Source: Lingula anatina
Lineage: Eukaryota > Animalia > Brachiopoda
Length of the DNA stretch: 64,000 nucleotides
NCBI GenBank assembly: GCA_051362555.1
Contig: CM120644.1
Span: forward strand, 25,380,534-25,444,533
Reading direction: 5' to 3'
A program made the translations under genes and the position numbers. The notes under the pieces are model-generated. The model worked only from the letters and a program-made list of their open reading frames with translations, was not told where the DNA came from and did no database searches. Positions 49,314-63,285 of this stretch are shown piece after piece (the first letter of the stretch is position 1; every line of letters begins with the position of its first letter).

Positions 49314-51329
49314 AGTGGAGAGAGCCTACCCCTTCCAAAGTTTACAATGAAAGAGACTGACACATCAGCTAAAGAGATGGGTTTGATGAAGAATGAAAAA
49401 AGTTGAAAAATACTAAAATAATATTTTGAAATATGATACTAAAGTGACTGTCGAAGTAGAGTTGAAACAACTTGGAGAAAGCTGGGAGCCATTCAACAAC
49501 TAGCTCATGAACATATTATTATATTTTTATATATTATTTTATTATATTTTATTTATATATGCTCAAGCAAAATTACTAGAATAATATTTTGAAATATGAT
49601 ACTGAAGTGCCTTTCAATTAGGCAGACGGCCACATTATTTTATTTTATATATTATTTTATTATATTTATATATGCTCAGGCAAAATACCATTTTCTTTGA
49701 AATTCCATCAATTATCTGAATACACTAATGTAAGCCCATTACAGCTAAGATGTCTTAGCTTCAAGTGTATAATGTAGAATTTTCGTTTTTTTAGAAATTG
49801 CATCCGTTTTTCTAAATACACTTATATATATACCCCTTCAATGCAGCTTAGATATTTGAGAAATAACCAAAACAGGTGTAAGAGCACCGCCCACCTTGCC
49901 AAATCAATAGCTGTGTGCTTGTAAGTCCGCCTATTTTACATGGGGTTTACGCATTGCTATATTCTCTTCTTTTACTGTGTTACTCTCTGTTTATAGTTTT
50001 AAATCTATAATATTATTGACCAGTATTAACAACATTCAATTTTTACATTCCACTTGATATTTTTGTAAATTGTTTTGCAGTAATATATATATAAATATAG
50101 ATAAATTTTTATTTTTAAATGTGCCATCATTATGTGTTGGGGACATTGCTTCCAATGTAATGTTTAAGACGTTATAACTTCAAATACTGTACTAGATAAA
50201 ATAAAATAAAAATCTTATTACGTGGCAGGAATCGACTGTGAGGTTGCCATGGTTTTTTGCTGATCAGATACATGTAGTAGGATAATCAGATCATTTCTGC
50301 ACAGTTTTATTGTCTTATGTTTAACACACATGCTTTAGTCTTAGCAGACTGTACATGTATATCTGTCAGCTTTAGATGACTTGTTTTATTGTTTTAACAT
50401 TATCACTTCATAACTGGTAATTTTGCATAATGTTGTTTGCTATACATTTGGTTTATTTTATAGAGCAAGGCGCATGTGACTTGCTAGGATTTCACGAAGT
50501 ACTAATATTTACATATTGTTATTATAATGTAATACACAGGGTAAATAAAAATAATATATAATATATATGTGACATCTTTTTAGTTAAGCATTGATTTCCC
50601 GTGGACGCAGAACATGAATTAACCAATGTTCAGACTTAGACCAAGAGTACTCAGTACATATAGAGTGCAGATATTGTGGAGAAGGAATCCTCAAAGCTTG
50701 TAACTGGGTTTTAAAGCTATGTATAAGTATATAAGCCAGACTTTGTAGTCTGGACACAAGTGCCTTTCCCTTTATTACCAGGGTGTTTACATAACCAACC
50801 CTCATATGGTGATTATATGAATCCAGGCAGCTTGAACAGTGTTGTATATAGTCCGGTGGCTTAGATATCTATGACACACACTTAATTAGTAGATTTCCTG
50901 TTTTGTTTGGACATTTGTGATTGTATTGAGATTAAAAGAATAGTGATGATGTAGTGGACTGACATAAACTGCAAATAATGTGGATAAAAATGAGAGCTAT
51001 ATATGAAATAAGTGTGAATAAAATGTGTAACCTACTATTTTAATGTGTAGCTTTGTTTGTGATAGACAGTGGCAATGTATTATTTCAAGCTTTTGTTTAT
51101 ATGTATACAAATTGAAATAACAAAGCTGATTTGCTGGTATTTTTAAGATGAGACAACTCACCTGCCCCCCCCCCCCCCCCACCACCACCACCAAGGGTCA
51201 TTCTCTACCAGCTGTCAGCTGACTGCGTAAAAAAAATCTTTAACACAATTGTGTACAGTTAGTGAAATATTTGCGAATATCCACTGTAAAACTTTATTCT
51301 GAGACCTTGGTGAAGGGTACCCAAGGGGT

Positions 51330-52086
51330 TAAGTGAGGTCAGGTCACACCGCGCACGCGGTCGAAAACGGGAAAAATCTAAACTCGCTGTTTGTTTTCCA
51401 TCATAACTCCCAAGATTTGGGCCCTATGATAAATATGAAAATATATTTAAAAAGTGCATTGAATGTGCGTTCTAACAATATGTGTAACAATGTATATCAT
51501 TTCTCCGTTGTAAGCCTCCAGCCACGAAAATGCTGCGAGAAATCGCCGGTGATTTGGGGTCCGCCATATAGATAAAAGTCCTCTTTGGATCCAGGTACCG
51601 CTAGATCCAACTATCTGACATCGTAATCAGCTAAAATGCCGATATCAACTTGAGATACAGGTATGAGGCTTTCGAGTGACAGTCTGACTGCGAGTACTGA
51701 CCCAACGCCGTATTAACGTTATATTTGCTCGTGTAGACGTGACTTCTACAGTGTTCAAACAAGACATACATGTACGTTCGCGTCTACACGTCAACCATTT
51801 ACTATCATTTACTACATTCAGCAATGTACGCACGTAACTTCATCAATGTAAATAACTTCTACACATAATTAACGAGGATTTCTGCTTGTAAACTTTAGGT
51901 ATGTTTGTCAATCATACAGGAATGGTTTCTATCAAGTATACAAGACATTTATCAGGCAGAATAATTCATGCAAATGCCCACATAAATCATACACAATATA
52001 AAATAAAACAAAATAAGAAGGGTTTACTTGTAAAACTCTTAACATTATTTCATCAACTTTTGCAGGGTTCTTAATTGACGGGGGTG

Positions 52087-52130
<44 letters not shown>

Positions 52131-55100
52131 TTCTGGGATTAAAGGTACATACGAACCGAGCATCGGTGGAGCGTGGATTCCCAGTAACACATGTAAACCA
52201 CTTCTACTAGTTTCTTATACGACTCTAATAAATTCGACATGCCAAGGGATAAACTGAATAGATCACTCGATCAGTCATAAAAGACCTTTAGACTGCTCCT
52301 TTCTTTAAATTTTTGGTTGTAAATTTAACCTACTTTCGTGACCTACTTTCCTGCCCCATTGACATACAGCTTAGAATGCCAGCAGAAAAATCCGTTCAAA
52401 CATCATTTTCGGGTAAAATTAAACAAGGCCTTTTGGTAATTCTCTTAGTTATACTACTTGAAACTATATGCTGGCATTTGGTTGGTTTTTGTGACAAAAA
52501 ATAGACTTTGCATGCATCTTTAATCGCAATGAAAAGAAAATATAATCTTAGGTTCCTGTCAGTCAGAAGCCTTCGTAATCAAAACTAAATAAATGTAACA
52601 TAAATATAACAAAAAAAAAAAAAAAAAAAAAAAAACTAGTGAAATAATAAATTTCTGTCAGATAATGCATTAGTAATGTAAATTACCCGAGTATTGCGTA
52701 AAAACGATCTAGTAGAATAATAAATTGCTGAAGGGATTAATATGTGTACTGTCGTTTTAAAAAGGGCATTTCATGCACTGAGTAGTATACCAACCATTTT
52801 GAGCAATAGTGTACCTGTACCTGTAATGGATCTATCGGTATCTGGATCTAAAAATACGTGGTATGTGGATTTATAAATACGTGGGTTTAATTGGACATCG
52901 TATCTATAGGAACGCAAATGTACTAGGACGGTGGTAAAAAATCGGATCTTTCGGTATTTAAATCTAAAAAGACGTTTTTCAATTTTTCCCCCTATGTTTC
53001 TATCGGTAACGGGAGTATAGGGACGTGTAATATTTTGGGACTAAATTTTATCCGTACGTCCCAGTGAATTCACTTCCTTGTTTGGTTCCCACTGTTTACG
53101 AACTTTGTTCAACCTGCGCGTTTCGCAACATTTTTCCTAAAGCTCCGTACGGCGTCCCGGATGTTATTTCCTCGTATTTGACCGCAAATTCATGCAGAGA
53201 ATGAAACAACCGTTCGGCCGAGGGGTTACAGAAGGCGATTTAACCAAAAAGAGCAACCACAACTAGCTCGTAAAGTTTTAAATCGTGTTTTTGAGTTAGA
53301 GTAGCGAAGTTCTGAAACTTCTGTAACCCCTGACTAGATATTTTAGCTAATTCTAGGTTCAGATTAGTTTTTTATTTATCAATTTTTGGTAAGACAGAGC
53401 CGTAACAGCCATTAGGAAATCAGTGACTTTGATCTTACCGCGGACTCACCAAGCTGTTCTGCTGATGAAAAAGCATCTGCACTTTAAGCACCTAAAGAGG
53501 ATCAAGATATCAGAGTACCTAACCGGAAAATCTTTGATTTGTTCACGAAACCCAAGGATATTGATAAAACGTCCGCAATTCAAGAATATATAGTTTATTT
53601 TATTTTTCAAACAAAGTATGAAATTACGTACGATATTGATGAGCCTAATGCTTTTTTTCACCTTTGAACTCGTTAGTGGTCAGAAAAAGGCGAATCTTAA
53701 TTTAAATCATGGAGATATGCAAAAACTCTAGATTGGTTAATGACAGTCAAACAAAAGTGAACAAAAGTAGTATTTATTCATTCATTTATTTTCGTAACAA
53801 AAATAAAAAAGGAAAATTCCTAAAACTGCCAATACGTCATGCCAGTCTCTCCAAAAAATCTCGCTGGTTTTTGTATTACCTAGCTGCTATGATGTCTAAT
53901 ATCAATTTAAATTTATTGGTAAACTGATAACTAACCAAAATCGGATATTAGCCTACATGTACTTATTTTCATTGTGCATTTTGGCATTTTTTACAAGTTT
54001 AACCTTAAAATCGTCTATGCAATTGCCATTGTCATATTGGTTGCATGGCATTTGTTAACTATTTAACTTAAATTCATAAATTGAGTACCAAGAGTGTTTC
54101 CCACTCAGTTAAAAAATCCATGATGTGTAAATATAATCCAAATTGTTACCATAGCAACAGCTATCATAATGACGGTTTCCATAGCAACAGATACATTAGA
54201 AGCCATTATTTTTGTTTTTAGCGATGGCACATTTTTTAGAATTATTTTCATTCAAAAGTAGCCTTTGGGCAGTGATGCTGAAGCCTTCAGGTTGAAAAAA
54301 AAATTGACCGCTATTGATAAATTACAGAAAATTATATCTTGTCAGATTCTTCTTGGCATAGTTCAACTTTCCAGAAAATTTCAAATTGATATTTTACTCC
54401 ATTCAAAAGTTATGCCAATTTTGTGTCAGGGCACAGTAAAAGCTAGCTTGTTAAAAATTTTGTGATGGATCGCTTTTACTAGCTCAATCAAAAGAACTGC
54501 TCCGCGGTGAATCTGCAGTTGAATGTAATTAAACCAAAATGAAACGTAAAATAGATTTAATTCTGCTTAATTAAATTTTATTTACTGTATTTAAGATGAA
54601 AAAGGAAAAATAAATAATATTATTCTAAAAGAAACAGATATATCCGATGTCTTTGTATTTTTTGCTTATCAAAGAACATTTGCTCTTTTTTATCTGGGAC
54701 TCTGCAGCTGATGAAGGGGGGGGGGGGGGGGAGGTCATGTCGATACTCCCCAGCACCGTTACTCCACCGCACCGATAATCCCCCTTAGTAATTGTTTGTA
54801 TTATGCTCATCGATACGACCCCACACCGATAGATCCCCGCACCGATACTACCCCTCAGTATATTATCTGTAATTGTGGGGGCCGGAGTATCGGTGCGGGA
54901 AAGTATCGATGCGGGGACGTATAGGCATGTATAAATCTCATACTAGGCAGGCGAGACACCTACCTTCCTATCAGAGACGATTTTTTCTCACATTATCTAG
55001 AGGCAAGAAGCCTAACACACTCTAAGTGCCACTTTCAACTCTGCAAGGGGCGCTGTCAAAACACACGTCCTCAGAGGCCCAGCTCTGAATCGTGTTATTT

Positions 55101-55610
55101 TGGTAAAGTGGAATCTAACTAGGACATGAGCCGACCACCCACAACACACAACACAATAAACCTACACTTGCTTGCCGTGTGCCAAGTTTGACAGCTACAC
55201 TGTATGCCCGATACCACTATAAGGGCTGCGCAATGGCCAGATCAAAATCACTTTTTAAAGCATAATATTGCCTGTGTTGTGGTACGAGTGCAAGATAGTC
55301 TTAGTTCAAACTTCAAACTCCGCATCAGCCACTTGCTTCTTGTCTCGTCTGCACGAGATAACATCAGCGCAGGGCGGAAAGTAATCTCCAGGCGGTCAAA
55401 CCTATGACGTAGGGCCTACGAGACTTATGACTTCCAAATATGGAGCTCAGGCGGATACAGTTGTGACGTACGAGACTTGTGACTTCCAAATATGGAAGCG
55501 CCCATGCAAAATTTTGACAGACAACTTACGAGACTTGTGACTCCCAAATATGGAAGCGCCCAGGCAAAATTTTGACAGACCAGCCCTCAATCTGCCGCTA
55601 GTGGCTAGAG
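51330..55610. mobile_element. Probable composite of non-autonomous DNA transposon sequences (family unresolved)
   Basis: CpG-richer, no long ORF, not alignable by eye to the other two duplication units. Inverted match about 51585-51608 vs 52828-52852; small inverted-repeat element about 54736-54930; approx. 50-60-bp direct repeats (tacgagacttRtgactYccaaatatgga) at 55418-55585. Confidence 0.4.
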
Positions 55611-55752
55611 TTTCGTATATATATATGAAATCAAGATCGAGCTGGCAATACAGAAATCTAGAACCTAGGGTAGGGAGATAGAGAACGATTATATTCCAGT
55701 TTGAAGGTGAATATCGTATGTTACAGTGAGTAGATTTTCATCTTTGTGGAAA

Positions 55753-55950
55753 TTATTACCTCCGCCAACGAGGTTATATTTTCGCCGATGTTTGTCTGTT
55801 TGTTCGTCCGTCTGTCTGTCTGTCTGTCTGTCATCAATAATAACTCAAAAGGTTATGGACCGATTTTGATGAAATTTTCAGGTACTGTCAGAAGTGGGCC
55901 AAGGAACAGATTATTAGTTTTTGGTGGTTATCCGGTTCAATAATCAATCA
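55753..55950 (+). mobile_element. HINE/DINE-like element 5' end
   Basis: ttattacctccgccaacgaggttat... followed by (gtct)n and the typical gaccgattttgatgaaatttt core; interrupts homology with 25860-25940. Confidence 0.6.
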
Positions 55951-58006
55951 ATAAGCAAATATATCGAAAATTTAGGGGTGGAACGGCATTGGATGGAGGG
56001 TCCTACTAAACATAGAAATGGATCCGAATGGTACAATATAGACCTGTAGGTACGCATTGCAAACCTCTCTAAGATTGCATTCGAGTTCTACACAGTGAAA
56101 ATTAACTTACTTTTGCCCAAGACGTTTTATTGAATTTTCTGGCGAGACAACACTCGAGGTTGTGATAATTATGCAGGTAAATGTTTAGTATTGTAAATAT
56201 GTTTACAAAAGAAAAAAATTTTGTAACGCCAACATTAATGCAGTACTATAGAGGAATCTCAATAGGGTTATTCATATCATGTTAATAAGCTAGATATTAA
56301 GTTTGAATAACAGCTTTATTGGAATTTTTTGTTGTTTTATTTCAGATTTTTTTAAAATTATTTTTCAAACACTAACATCTTCAAGATGTGACTTTTAACT
56401 CCCATCCACCAGAAGCTCTGTGCATTTTCTGTATTTCCACATGAGCAGTTGTATTGGTTTTTATGTCTTTAAACAATAGAGCCTATGTAATATTATTTTA
56501 TGCACTGTCATCATTTTTCACATATTGGGATTTTCATTATGTATTATATATAATAAATTCCTACACACACACACATCCTCCCGTTGTCTGTTACTCATTT
56601 CTCAATAAGTGTATTCATTTATTGATCTGTGATGTGGATTCCTCACGTTAGGACATGTACCAGTAGTAAATCAGGTCAATAATCACATCAGTAACTGGGT
56701 CACACATACCTGTTGTTGTGTTGTTACAAAAGGTGAAGGGTTTCTTATGCAGCTGGTTAAATATAGTGCTGAGTCACCGCGCAGGCTGCGTGAATTGGAG
56801 TTATTTCTCCAGTGTTGTTATTTCTTTGCAGTAGAGAGTGCAGCTGACCTGCCAGTGGTAGTCTAGCTGTGAGTATCTGTGTGATAGATACAATACGAGT
56901 CGCCGAGTAATTTTCACGTACAGCTCGGCGACGAGTGTTGTATCTGGCTTAAACCACGGCCTCTGATTGGCTACTATACTAGTAGTGCAACAGACCGTGG
57001 AACGCACTCGTACATGTATGTCAAATACAGCACGGCCGAGTCTTTTGTTCTACGCGCTAGCCGTGGTTTAAATTGGAGTTATTTCTCCAGTGTTGTTACT
57101 ATATCTTCTCCAGTAGTGAGTGCAGCAGATCTGCCGGTGGTCTGCGAGTATACTTGGCCTTGCTGACATCTTCAGGAGAATTTATTGGTATAACTAACCA
57201 AGTTTCTTTTTCATTATAATATATTTACACTGTACTACAATTTGAGAACTACAATTTGAAGTTGAATTGAGTGATGGCAATGTACAAGTAGAAGAACAGT
57301 TGCACCCTATCTTGATTATTTTTTATTATTTTTATTATTTTTCCAAATTAGGAGATGAAGGATACATTATGTGCAGGGTATTATTTGGCAGCCTGTAGTT
57401 TCTCCCCCCCCCCCCCCCCCAAATACTGGGATGTATGTACAACAGTACTGGGTCTCTGCTAACTGGATCTGGGTCATATAAGGTCATGTGCCCTGAACTG
57501 GTATAATTTGTGTTACATAGGGTAATTAAACTGCCGTGTGGGTTTCCTTAGAAAAATCTTTGTGAAATTTGAACAAGCATTGTGAATATATATATATATT
57601 CTGAAAGCCTTTTTCAAGAGCAATGTAAATATCTGCTTTGTAAGTCTCTTTAAAGGAATGGCCCTGGTGACAGAAATGAACCTTAATTACCTTATCTCCA
57701 CTCTAATTATCAATTAAAACGATATTTCAAGTCTAGAAAACCTGTTCATTACCTAGTGCAATGATCATGAAATCTTTACTCAAATGTAAATTTTTAGTGT
57801 AAGAATTAAGAATTCATTTGAGTAAATGTAGCACCATAATGAAAAGTTTAGCAATTAGGCAATTTTAACACTAAATTGACAAGAGACCACCTTTTGGTAC
57901 TCACTTTGGACTGGATGTGTGAGAGGAGATAATTACTTTGCCACTACAGTTGAAGTTAGACCAATTATAGTCTTGCACACTGGAGTTTCAGTTCGTTTTT
58001 AGTCTT

Positions 58007-58285
58007 TGTAATATGATGGCTCTTTACTGAGTCCAACGTGCTGGACTCAATTCAGGAGAGAGACAACAACAATGCGTCTGACTTCTACGAAAGTTTATTG
58101 TGAAGTGCTAGGCTTGTATATACATGTACATTAAAAAGTATGAGGAACACCTGTTTACTTTAACAATGGCTGAGAACTGTCATCAAGTGTAATCTGTAGG
58201 TGACCAAGGGTCATTCAAAGAATGCCACTAATGGAAGCTTGTGAACTTTGATGACATTTACCAAAAACAAGAAGATAATGTTACA
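58007..58285 (-). repeat. 3' LTR
   Basis: Direct repeat of 62624-62902, adjacent to the polypurine tract at 58286-58297. Confidence 0.97.
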
Positions 58286-58503
58286 TCTCCCTTTCTTCAA
58301 TCAAATGTCCTGGGTGTTAACAGTCATAGTCTTGGTGAAATATCCCTGCACTGGCAATATGTGCTTGTTAGTCCTGCCTGTCAGATATGTGTATCCAATA
58401 GTGAACATATACTGTCATTGAAAAAATTCTTGATAAAGTTAAGTTCATATCCTTTTGTCCAAGGGTAATTTCCTCTAAAGTCTTTTATATCACTTTGCAA
58501 AAA

Positions 58504-61500
58504 TTACATAGATTCTATAATTTTTTGTTTGCAAACTCTGCCAGCTCGTGTTACATAGGGCTGGGGCGAATGACATTCATCTTTCTGAGGGGTTGATTTG
58601 ACTTTAACTGGGGACTTAACTGGGGCATTTACAGCAGGCTTTGGGTGATCTGCTAGAATTTTAAGATCACTGGATTTATTAACCAGATTCTCAGTGCAAA
58701 TAGGCACTTGTGGGTCAGTGTCATGAGGAACATTGGGCTCTTTTGTTTTGAGAATATGACGCCTGTTACGTCGATATATACCACCATTAGGAGCTTGTAA
58801 AACAAATGAATTTTCATTCACCTTATCAATGACATTGGCAGGTTTCCATAACTTGTCATTTCGCTGAAATCTGACTGACTCACCTACAGTTATAGGGGGA
58901 AGGGGTCGGGAACCATGGTCATAAAATTTCTTCTGCTTTTGACGACTTGAATCTATCTTATGTTTGACCTTTCCAGGATCAATGAACTGGGGACACAACT
59001 GTTGATTGGTGGCAGGTAAAACAGAACGCAACTGCCGTCCTTGTAATAACTGCGTTGGGGAGTATCCGATGTCAAGGGGGGACACCCTGTATTCCAATAA
59101 GGCCAAATTAGGGTCAGATTTATCAGACTTTGACTTTTCAAACAGTCTCTTTACAATTTGGACATATTTCTCAGCTAGTCCGTTGGACTGAGGGTAATTG
59201 GGGCTAGAGGTCACATGTTTGAAATCATATTGCTTGGAGAAATCAGTGAACTCCTGAGAGGCGTACTGAGGACCATTGTCTGAAATGACAGTTTCTGGGA
59301 TTCCAAATCTAGCAAATATAACCTTTAACTTGCTGATTACCTGATAACTTTGAGTAGAGGTAAGTTGAGCTACCTCAAAGTATCGACTGTAATAATCAAC
59401 TACAACTATAAAATCCTTTCCATCCCATGTAAACAAGTCAGTGGCAACTGTTTGCCAGGGGTAATCAGGGATGGGGTGTGGCTGCAAAGGTTGTTTAGGG
59501 TTGTTATTTCTCTGCATGAGACAAATGGGGCACTTGGAAACAAAATCATTAATGTCTCCTGACATGCCTGGCCAAAAAATTGCTGATCTGGCTCGTTTTT
59601 GGCATTTCTCTATTCCTTTGTGACCTGTGTGTATAGAATGCAGCATTTTCACCCTTAGTTTCTGGGGTACGATAACCTTTTGACCTTTGAGCAGTAGGCC
59701 ATCAATGTAAGACAATTCGTCTCTGTGATTCCAAAATTCTATAATCTCAGAGGGGCAATCACTCCTTTTAACAGGCCAACCATTTAAAACGGTTTTGCGC
59801 AAAGTCTGAAACTGTTCAGTTTGTTCAGTTTCTTGACGAATTTCGTCTAACTTTCTATCACTAATAGGAATTTTTGAGAGCACTGCATGTACGTGTGCAT
59901 CCATTCCTTTAGCGAGCTCTGGGTAGGTGTCTTTTACAAAATTGCGAGACAATGTGTCTGCAAGTGGTATCTGTGTACCTGGTTTGTAAATTACCTCCAG
60001 ATCGTATCGCTGTAATTGTAACAGCATTCTCTGCAAGCGTGGAGGGGCTGTATTCAAGGGCTTCTTGAATATAGGAATTAAAGGTTTGTGGTCTGTCTCC
60101 ACTACTACTTTACGGCCATAAACGTATTGGTGAAATCTCTTACACCCAAAAACTATCCCAAACATTTCTTTTTCTATTTGGGCATAGTTGATTTCTGATG
60201 TATTGAGAGCTTTGGATGCATAAGCTATGGGTTTTCCATCCTGCAACAGTGCAGCACCTAAACCATACTTAGAGGCATCAGTCTGTAAGGTAGTGACCTG
60301 GCTGGGGTCAAAATACGTTAACGTAGGACTTGGGGCCGCTGTGATTACCTCTTTTACTTCATTCAGAGCTTTCTCATGCTCATCGATCCAATGAAAAATC
60401 ATGTCTTTTGCAAGTAACTTGCGAAGGGGGCTGGTAATCTCTGAAAGGTTGGGAGCAAATTTAGCTAGGTATGTCACCATACCCAGAAAAGTCTCTAACT
60501 CTTTCTTATTAGTCGGGGCTTTCATCTCCCTAATTGCTTTGACCTTTTCCGGGTCAGGCTCTAAGCCTTTTGATGTGATAATGTGACCAAAATATTTTAC
60601 TTTAGTCATGCCGATTTCCATTTTTTCTCTGTTGAGTTTGATCCCACACTCACGTGACCTTTGTAAAACATTACACAGATTTCGGTCATGCTGTTCTCTG
60701 TTTTTTCCAAACACTATGATGTCATCTACTAAGGCTATTACACCGTCAAGACCCTCAAAACTTTCGTCTACCCTTCTCTGAAACTCATCCTGCGACGATC
60801 TCAAACCAAAAGGCAGTCGCAGATATCTGTATCTACCAAATGGCGTATTAAACGTCGTAAGGTATGAGGATTCTGTGGATAGTTTAATTGTCCAATACCC
60901 TGACCTGGCATCCAACTTGCTGAAGTATTGAGCACCTGCTAACTGGGGTAATACTTCCTCTAACGTTCTAGGGGGGTAATGGGGTCTCAAAATAGCTCTA
61001 TTTAGGTCTTTGGGATCCAGGCACACACGTACCTTACCTGAGCTTGATTCAGGCTTCTCAACAATCACTAGAGAATTTACCCATTCTGTGGGCTCTGTGA
61101 CTTTACAAATCACGTCAAGCTTCTCCATACGCTCAAGTTCATTTTTGAGCTTTTCATGAAGTGCATGCGGCACTTTGCGAGGGGGGTGAACAACAGGAAT
61201 TACATCGGGATCAGTGTGAATTACACATTCACCTGGGAACAATCCTATACCCTCGAATACGTCTTTGTATTCATGCAATATTTGGTCTTTACCAAACTCG
61301 GATTTGTTCAGATTTTGGCTGGGTTTACTAGAATCTCTTTTTCCGACCAGCTCTCGCTTCACATCAGCATCTACATCGCAAGCATACACTAACTTAATCA
61401 GGCACAAGTCCAAACATGCTTTCAAACCAAGTATCGGTGAAGATTCTGTATCAACGACGTGAAACAGAAGGCCAATGGACTTTTTCTTATACTGACAAGT

Positions 61501-62547
61501 GAAATTTGCAGACCCTAAGTTTTTTAGTGAGTGACCATTATAAGCAGTAAGCTTCTGACTAGGAGGTTTCAGGTCGTCTACATGACCAATTGAGTCAAAC
61601 ACATGCTTGGGTAAAATATTCACTTGAGAACCTGTGTCAATCTTAAACTTAACATTGATCTTTGCTGGACCAATTTCTACATGGCAAAATGCTTGATCTA
61701 AACCCTCTGACGTGTCAATACTATCTACAATGAATTGTGAATCTGAATCAGAATCAGAATCGGGCTGATCTGGCAAAGCTTGCAACTCGTTAACATGTTT
61801 CTTAGCAATACTTTTGCGACATTTTTTTGCAAAGTGATTGAATTTCTTACAGTTATTACACTGTTTACCCTTAGCTGGACATCTATCAGTCTTGGCATGC
61901 TCGTAGCCACAATTGTCACACTCATGTCTGTCCTGCTTTTGCTGTTTCTTCTGTCTGTTCACATGTCTCCAGTTGCCTGTACGTGGAGGTTGTTTCTTAA
62001 TGCTGCTGACCTCTTTCCCCATTGTCTTGAGTTGTTCCATTGAATACTCGTACGACTGGGCTATCTGCACGGCTTTGTCGAGTGTCAGCTAGTCACCTTC
62101 ATTTATGAGCTTTTCCCTCACTTTCTCTGATGAGGTACCAAATACGATCCTGTCTCGGATCATCTCTTCTGCATTTGTGTATGCACAGTCAACAGCAAGT
62201 GTCCGCAAACGAGTAATAAATTGTTCAACGGTAGATGCACCTTGAGTTTCATTGTTAAACTTGAACCGCGCGAAGATGGGATTCAGTTTCGGCTGCACAT
62301 GGGCTTTAAAACGGTCATAATATGACTGCAGCTTGTCTGGTTCGTCCAGATTTGTCCAAGTTGACTTTATTTCTCTCCCCTTGTCTCCTATCCATAACAA
62401 GAGATAAGTCACCTTCACTTTCTCTTCCTTTTCCTTTAGTGGCCCATTAAAAATAAGTTCCACGAGACTGTGGAATTTTTTCCACTGTTCAGGAAGATTA
62501 GACGCACTCCAGTCCATGGAAGGTGTTGGAATACCAGTGAGTTCCAT
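58504..62547 (-). CDS. Gag-Pol polyprotein in one reading frame, interrupted by a single in-frame TAG at 62091-62089
   Basis: ATG 62547 (MELTGIPTPSMDW..EQWKKF), IRDRIVFG, twin Zn knuckles CDNC..H..C and CNNC..H..C, protease DTGS, RT (CLDPKDLN, LDARSGYW, LVDD), RNase H (TDAS, EKE, TDHKPL), integrase HHCC plus D,D,E (ATDLF, SDNG, NGLAE). Confidence 0.92.
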
Positions 62548-62608
62548 GCTAACAGTTAACACAATGTTAGAACTGCCACGGATCGTCACTGTTGCCTATG
62601 TCTGGCAA

Positions 62609-62623
62609 CCACTTCTGACACCA
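62609..62623 (-). promoter_or_regulatory. Primer-binding site, tRNA-Leu type
   Basis: TGGTGTCAGAAGTGG directly abuts the 5' LTR and is complementary to the ...CCACTTCTGACACCA 3' end of animal tRNA-Leu (from memory). Confidence 0.85.
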
Positions 62624-62902
62624 TGTAATATGATGGCTCTTTACTGAGTCCAACGTGCTGGACTCTATTCAGGAGAGAGACAACAACAATGCGTCTGACT
62701 TCTACGAAAGTTTATTGTGAAGTGCTAGGCTTGTATATACATGTACATTAAAAAGTATGAGGAACACCTGTTTACTTTAACAATGGCTGAGAACTGTCAT
62801 CAAGTGTAATCTGTAGGTGACCAAGGGTCATTCAAAGAATGCCACTAATGGAAGCTTGTGAACTTTGATGACATTTACCAAAAACAAGAAGATAATGTTA
62901 CA
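62624..62902 (-). repeat. 5' LTR
   Basis: Direct repeat of 58007-58285; AATAAA on the minus strand (tttatt near 62712). Confidence 0.97.
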
Positions 62903-63285
62903 GTCTTAAGATCAAATTAAGAGTCCTTACTTAATCTTTAAGATTGCTTCAGCTAGTTTTAGACTTAAATTGCACTTTAATACCAAATCAGGGCCACTAG
63001 TGTTTATCACAGCAATATTGCAAATATCATCTTGAGTATGTGAAAACAGTTTCATTAAATCTCAGTTGTGATTGTCAGAAATTTGATTTACCTGTTGACT
63101 GTTTTGTCTGTTCACTCTGACAGACTTGGTCACAACTGAATTACTGTTTAGGTGAAGGTGAAGGTGAACAGGTAGTAACCTCAGTCTTGCTAGGTCAGTC
63201 CCTCTAGCCTCGTCCTCCTAGGGTGGATTTGACCATTTTTTGGGACTCTCAACTTGAGTATGCTGCAAGGCTCAAATTAAATTTC

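Larger units (their letters stand above)
58007..62902 (-). mobile_element. Full-length Ty3/Gypsy LTR retrotransposon (Mag-like), 4896 bp
   Basis: 279-bp TG..CA LTRs at 58007-58285 and 62624-62902 (one mismatch seen); 5-bp TSD GTCTT (58002-06, 62903-07); PBS TGGTGTCAGAAGTGG; PPT AAGAAAGGGAGA; domain order PR-RT-RNaseH-IN. Confidence 0.97.

Noticed and set aside
58504-62070. Pol as a separate gene starting at 62070
   Set aside because: That start is a GTG in mid-Gag; the frame is continuous with the upstream ORF across one TAG.
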